Part shown: positions 59,135 to 64,000 of the stretch, one piece after another | How positions within the stretch are numbered: the stretch's first letter is position 1 | Layout of the letters: each line of letters opens with the position of its first letter | Origin: an uncultured Chloroflexia bacterium | Lineage (GTDB): Bacteria > Chloroflexota > Limnocylindria > Limnocylindrales > CSP1-4 | NCBI GenBank assembly: GCA_963833225.1 | Contig: CAWHXD010000008.1 | Span: 32,001 to 96,000 of the forward strand | Direction of reading: 5' to 3' | DNA length: 64,000 nt | Program-made: the position numbers and the translations under genes | Notes under the pieces: model-generated | Seen by the model: only the letters and a program-made list of their open reading frames with translations | What the model was told of the DNA's origin: nothing | Databases searched by the model: none

Positions 59135-59523
59135 CCGAGTATCTCGACCTCGACGACCTCCTGGCCGCCGCCGAGGGCTCGCTCGGACATCCGGCCGACG
59201 TCCGCGACATCGGCCTGCTCGAGGCGGCGGCGTCACGTCCTCGGGCGACGGCGTTTGGCGAGGACGCCTACCCGGACCTTGACCGCAAGGCGGCCGCACT
59301 CCTCCATTCCATCGTCACGGGTCACCCGCTCGTCGACGGCAACAAGCGGCTTGGCTGGGTGGCGGTCCGGCTCTTCTACCGGCTCAACGACGCGGATGTC
59401 CACCCCACCGCCGACGACGCCTTCGACCTGGTGGTCGCCGTTGCCGCGGGCACGATGAACGACGTGCCGGCGATCGCCGGTCGGCTCCGGTCGTGGCGCG
59501 AGGGGCCCGTGGCGGAGGGCTGA
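59131..59523 (+). CDS. doc: Doc/Fic family toxin
   Basis: RDIGLLEAA..RP, KAAALL and Doc-type motif HPLVDGNKR. Confidence 0.92.
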   Translation: MTEYLDLDDLLAAAEGSLGHPADVRDIGLLEAAASRPRATAFGEDAYPDLDRKAAALLHSIVTGHPLVDGNKRLGWVAVRLFYRLNDADVHPTADDAFDLVVAVAAGTMNDVPAIAGRLRSWREGPVAEG

Positions 59524-59621
59524 CCGGTGCTGTCAGACGCTACGACTCGCGTCGTCGTGCAGCGCCATGCGCCGCTGGTCCCCTTGCGGCTGGCACTCGG
59601 CGCCTGTGGTGCGGTCGAGGG

Positions 59622-61985
59622 CTACGGGCGGACGACGAACCCGTCCACGTCGACCCGTGGACGGCCGGCCGTGCCGAGGACCCTGATCCGCACCGTCCGC
59701 TCCGCGGCGTGCTTGAAATTGGCGGTCCAGACGACGGTCCGATGCCGCAGCACCGGCGACCCGAGGTCGACCACGGCAACCAGGCGGCCGTCCACGAAGA
59801 CCTTGGCCTTGCCACGGGTCGGGCCGGTTGCCCCGACCCAGGAGATGGATCGGCCGGTGAATGTGGTGCGGATGGTCGAGCCGCGCGTGGTGGCGGAGCG
59901 GGCTGATCCACCCCACCACTCGGTCCCGGCATGGCGCCGCCACGAGCCGCGGTAGGCGAGCCGGCGACTCCCGTCCTGGATCTTTGCGAGGTTGAACGAC
60001 GAGCCTGTCTGGGCGCCGCCGACGTTGCCGGCCCGATCGACCGGACGGATGCGGAAGCGGTAGGCGTGGCCGACGCGGAGGGCTTCGGTGACGGAGGGAG
60101 ACGCTGACGTCCCGAGGGATGACCACGGGCCGCCGTCGGACGACAGCGACACGAGGTAGTGGTCGACGCCCGACAGGTCGTCGTCGCCCGACCATGTCGC
60201 CCGGACGGGCGCCACGGCGGATCCGGTGCCGTCACCGGTGACTGTCCGGGTGGCCGGTTCGGTGGCGCTGGGTGGCATCTGCTCCACCAGCCAGTCCCGG
60301 GTCGCCGGGGTGCGGTCGCCGAGCCCGCTGAGCGTGATGGCGCGCACGGACAGCACGTGGTCCGCGATGCTGCCGTGGACGAGCACGGGGGCCGTGCACG
60401 CGAACCAGTCCGAGAGGTCCACACGGCACTGGAAGGTGACGCCTGCGGCGGGCGACGAGAAGCCGTCCAGCATCGTCATGCCGACGTTGGACCAGATCGG
60501 GCTGTCGGTCATGGTTGTCTCGGGCCGCGGCCCGGGCACGACCTCGAGGTGGTAGGCGGCGTCGGCGGGCTCCACGGATGGATCGGTCGGACGGAACTCG
60601 GCGCGGTACGCGTGGCCGGCGGTCGCCTCCACGAGGTCGTGCAGGAGCGTGGACGTCGCCCCGTCGGGCGTCCCCTCGGCCAGCACCTCGTCGGTCATGT
60701 CATCGAGGATCTGGATGGTGCCGGTCGCCAGCGGACCGCCGGCCGCGAGGCGGGCGATGAGCGTAGCCGGCTCACCGATCGCCACGCCGTCATCGGTGAC
60801 CGTCGACAGGGTGAGCGTGGTCGCGGTCCCGACATCGACCTCGATCGGGTCGGCCGAGGCGCCCAGGAAGAAGCCGCTCGGCTCGAGCTGCGACGTGACC
60901 ACGTGATGCCCCGGCGGGAGCGTGACGGTGTAGGCGAACATCTGGCGAGCGGGATCCGCAAGCAGGACATCGGCCGGCCCGAAGGCCGCGACGCCATCCA
61001 CGAACAGGAGCGGCGCACCGGCCGGCGGGGTCACGGTCAGCTCAAACGTCGCGGGCGCTGGCCCGAAGGCCGGGATCGTGCCGGGCTGCAAGGCCAGGCT
61101 GGTCGACACGAACCCGGCGCCCACGAGCCGCAGGCGCCTCGCTCCGGCGGGCGTCGTGTCGGGCAGCCGCAGCTGGGCAACACGCGTCCCGGGTCCGGTG
61201 GGAGCGAACGCCACGGCGATGTCGCACGTAGCGCCCGAGGCGAGCGTCGCGCCCGAGCAGGTGTCGGCAGTGACCACGAAGTCCCCTGCCGCCGCCCCGT
61301 CGATCCCGATCGTCCCGAGCTCGGTCGACGCGGTCCCGACGCTGGTGAAGGTGACCGGCATCGCCACCGACTGGTCGCCGACCACGGCCGTCCCCATGGG
61401 GAGGATGTCGTCTGTCTGGAGCATCGCCGGCGTCGGCCGATCGTCGTGGTAGCGGATGGCGCCCGCCATGACCCCACCGAAGCACCGCAGGTCGAAGTCC
61501 GCGTCCACCCGCTCGAGCGTCCCGTCGGCCGCGAACGCGATCGACTGGATCGAGAACTCGCCGGACCCTGAGCAGTTGTTCCCCATTCCGGCCGAGATCG
61601 TCACGCAGGTCGGGCCGCAGGAGATCTCCTCGACAGGCTCCGGGACATCGTAGGTGCCGGGCACCACGGGCCCCGAGTCCTGCCAGTACGAGATTGTCCA
61701 GGTGCCGTCGCTGACCCAGAACCCGTTCGGAACCGGCGCACCGACAGGCAACGATCCGCCGGTGATCTGCCCCGTCTCGCTGGTCGTGAACGCGTGCCAC
61801 GGGGTCCCGGGCGGCAGGTGGATCCCGTACCCGATGTCTTGCGGGTCGAGGTCGACATAGAGCGAGCTGAAGTCGCTGGTCGTCGTGCCGAGGGCGGTGC
61901 CGGCGGGCGGCACGGTCGTAATCGCCAGGGCGATGACCAGGGCACCAATCGCCGAGCGCAGCAGCCGACCGGACACGGTTCGCAT
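59622..61985 (-). CDS. Secreted multi-Ig-domain surface protein
   Basis: Signal peptide, ASH/choice-of-anchor-D-like domain (DTCSGATLASGATC..FAP), Ig/FN3-like units and a basic C-terminal domain. Confidence 0.82.
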   Translation of the reverse strand: MRTVSGRLLRSAIGALVIALAITTVPPAGTALGTTTSDFSSLYVDLDPQDIGYGIHLPPGTPWHAFTTSETGQITGGSLPVGAPVPNGFWVSDGTWTISYWQDSGPVVPGTYDVPEPVEEISCGPTCVTISAGMGNNCSGSGEFSIQSIAFAADGTLERVDADFDLRCFGGVMAGAIRYHDDRPTPAMLQTDDILPMGTAVVGDQSVAMPVTFTSVGTASTELGTIGIDGAAAGDFVVTADTCSGATLASGATCDIAVAFAPTGPGTRVAQLRLPDTTPAGARRLRLVGAGFVSTSLALQPGTIPAFGPAPATFELTVTPPAGAPLLFVDGVAAFGPADVLLADPARQMFAYTVTLPPGHHVVTSQLEPSGFFLGASADPIEVDVGTATTLTLSTVTDDGVAIGEPATLIARLAAGGPLATGTIQILDDMTDEVLAEGTPDGATSTLLHDLVEATAGHAYRAEFRPTDPSVEPADAAYHLEVVPGPRPETTMTDSPIWSNVGMTMLDGFSSPAAGVTFQCRVDLSDWFACTAPVLVHGSIADHVLSVRAITLSGLGDRTPATRDWLVEQMPPSATEPATRTVTGDGTGSAVAPVRATWSGDDDLSGVDHYLVSLSSDGGPWSSLGTSASPSVTEALRVGHAYRFRIRPVDRAGNVGGAQTGSSFNLAKIQDGSRRLAYRGSWRRHAGTEWWGGSARSATTRGSTIRTTFTGRSISWVGATGPTRGKAKVFVDGRLVAVVDLGSPVLRHRTVVWTANFKHAAERTVRIRVLGTAGRPRVDVDGFVVRP

Positions 61986-62145
61986 TCCCCCACCCCTCTC
62001 GCGCAGGCCGCACGCGCAGGATCCGCGCCTTCGCCGCCGACAAACAACACATACCGGGGCGCCCGTCCGTTCGTCAAGGGCCGCCATTCCCCTGCGTGTC
62101 CGGGCAACGGGCCAATCATCGCGCAGCTGGCAACGCGCACACGTC

Positions 62146-64000
62146 CTAGCGAAGGATGGCGAACGCATCGATGTCCACGCGCTTGGAGGTGCTGGCCGAT
62201 CGCTTCGTTCCTGTGACCACGATCCTGATGCGATGGGTTTCGGTCGCCCCCCAGGTCCGCGACCACACGATCCTCGCCGGATGCTTGCTGGATGCGTAGA
62301 GGTCGACCGTCGCCACCTTGCGGCCATCGAGCCACACCTGGACTTTGCCGCGCGCGGGTCCCCGCGTGGAGACGAAGGCCACGCCGCGGGCCGTGACCTT
62401 GATCGACGCCGAACGGCCGGCCTTGCCGGTGTAGCGCACGGCGCCGCCCGCCGCGCCTGCCAGGGCCGCCGCCTTGAACCGCCCCGAGTAGGCGACCGCC
62501 GACGACCGCTCCCCGATGAGCTTGACCCTGATCGTCGAAGCGACGTGCCACGGCCCGACGTTCCCCGCGCGGTCGATCGGCCGCACGCGGAATCGATAGT
62601 TGCCGGGCGTGAGCGCCAGCGTGGTCGAGGCCAGGGTGTCGTCCGCGAGTCCCACGGGGGCATAGGCGGTCGCCCCCGGGCCGAGCATCGAGAGCTCGTA
62701 GTGCAGGGCCCCCGGCTGGCCATCCGCGGCCGCCGCCCAGGCAACCCGGATCGGAACCGTCGACGCGGCGGTCGATGCGCGCAGCGTCACGACAGGGGCT
62801 CCCCCACCGTACGGTGGGAGCGTGTCGAGGATCGTGCGGGGTGCGGCGGGGACCGACACGTTGCCGGCGGCGTCGCGGCTCCACACGTAGACGCGACGCG
62901 GCCCGTCCGAGCCTGTCAGGGTCACCGTCGTGGGCTTCTCGTCAACCCAGCGCGGGTCGGTGGCCGTGGGCGACAGCGGAACGTCCGAAACCAGCCACCC
63001 GGACACGCCCGTCCCCTCGTCGGACCCGGACACGGCGATGGGCACCTCTATCGAGCTGGTGACCTCGGGGAGTGTCGCACCGGCGGCCGGCGGCGTGGTG
63101 TCGATCCGGGTCACCGACAGGGCCGTCGGCGACCAGTCGCCGCGGACATCGCGGACGAAGCCATGGAGCTCGCGCTCGTCGTCGCCCGCCTGGAGGGTGA
63201 ACGTCGCCGGCTGCGGGTTGGCGGGATCCCACCACCCCGGGCCGGGCGAGAGCTCGGACTCATCGACGTACCAGCCGGCGATGTCAGTTGCGCCACTCAC
63301 GACCGTCAGGATGACCGGGACCTCGAGCGTCCCGGCCACGGCCGGGGTCTCCAGCGTCACCTCGAGGCGTGGAGTGGTCCGCCACGCAACGGCGACCGGC
63401 GTTGCGGCGTAGGGCCAGGATCCGTCGCCCATCCGGCTGCCGCTTCCCCAGCACCTGACCTCCCCGTCGGTGGTCTGGACGCAGGTGGAGAGCTCAGCGG
63501 TCACGTGCGTCGCCGTGATCCCTGGGACGACCACCGGTGTTGGCCGGGTCAGCGTGGTGCCGTCCCCGACCTCGCCGCTGCTGTTCACCCCCCAGCACCG
63601 GAGGGTGCCGTCCACGGACACGGCACACGCGTGGGTGGCACCGATGACGACATCGACAGCGTCGTCGATCCCGGACACGGCGACCGGCACCTGGTGCCAT
63701 GCCTGCGAGCCGTTGCCGAGCTGCCAGTTCTCAGCGTAGCCCCAGCAGCGGATCGACCCGTCGGCGAGGGCGGCACAGGACGTGCGTCCGAAGGAGGAGA
63801 CGTCGATCGCCGTCGTGATGCCGCTCACCGGGGCCGGCAGGGTCTGGTCGCCGGTCTGCTCGCGGCCCAGCTGCAGGCTGCCGTTGTCGCCCCAGCACTC
63901 GATCCCACCGGCGGCGAGCCGCGCGCACGAGACATGGTCCGAGAGGGCCAGCTGCGCGACGCCGGTCAGGCCTGTGACCGCTCCGGGTGGCAGCACGTCA
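62146..64000 (-). CDS. RCC1-repeat surface protein (5' part beyond window)
   Basis: Repeated CA..DG..CWG.N..GQLG blades, DxAGNV Ig/FN3 units and the same basic C-terminal domain as its neighbour. Confidence 0.88.
   Translation of the reverse strand, partial: DVLPPGAVTGLTGVAQLALSDHVSCARLAAGGIECWGDNGSLQLGREQTGDQTLPAPVSGITTAIDVSSFGRTSCAALADGSIRCWGYAENWQLGNGSQAWHQVPVAVSGIDDAVDVVIGATHACAVSVDGTLRCWGVNSSGEVGDGTTLTRPTPVVVPGITATHVTAELSTCVQTTDGEVRCWGSGSRMGDGSWPYAATPVAVAWRTTPRLEVTLETPAVAGTLEVPVILTVVSGATDIAGWYVDESELSPGPGWWDPANPQPATFTLQAGDDERELHGFVRDVRGDWSPTALSVTRIDTTPPAAGATLPEVTSSIEVPIAVSGSDEGTGVSGWLVSDVPLSPTATDPRWVDEKPTTVTLTGSDGPRRVYVWSRDAAGNVSVPAAPRTILDTLPPYGGGAPVVTLRASTAASTVPIRVAWAAAADGQPGALHYELSMLGPGATAYAPVGLADDTLASTTLALTPGNYRFRVRPIDRAGNVGPWHVASTIRVKLIGERSSAVAYSGRFKAAALAGAAGGAVRYTGKAGRSASIKVTARGVAFVSTRGPARGKVQVWLDGRKVATVDLYASSKHPARIVWSRTWGATETHRIRIVVTGTKRSASTSKRVDIDAFAILR

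Overview
GC-rich bacterial chromosome segment. The gene set and protein style suggest Chloroflexota, possibly Limnocylindria/Ellin6529-like (inference). The first ~41 kb is housekeeping: tRNA-Val, T-box-thrS, infC-rpmI-rplT, pheST, cvpA-mpg-mutS2, a class A PBP, tyrS, a his operon led by a TrpR/YerC regulator with divergent hisA, an EF-G paralog, yebC-ruvC-ruvA-(glycosyltransferase)-ruvB-tgt, recA-recX-rny-ymdB-PHP and miaB-miaA-hflX. The part from ~41 to 64 kb is accessory: three toxin-antitoxin pairs, a type III restriction-modification locus followed by two HEPN-like genes and preceded by a truncated MmeI-like gene, and large secreted Ig/RCC1 proteins. The best candidates for undescribed biology are (i) a promoter-bearing structured RNA with three CUUG-tetraloop hairpins just downstream of three DnaA boxes (40.86-41.14 kb), (ii) a dif-like XerC/D site at 43830-43857 abutting the RM/HEPN defence operon, and (iii) a TGT with an altered pocket and Asn in place of the catalytic Asp. 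About a dozen single-base frameshifts in conserved genes suggest an imperfectly polished long-read assembly, so single-base observations need read-level confirmation. All calls come from reading the sequence; no searches or folding were run.
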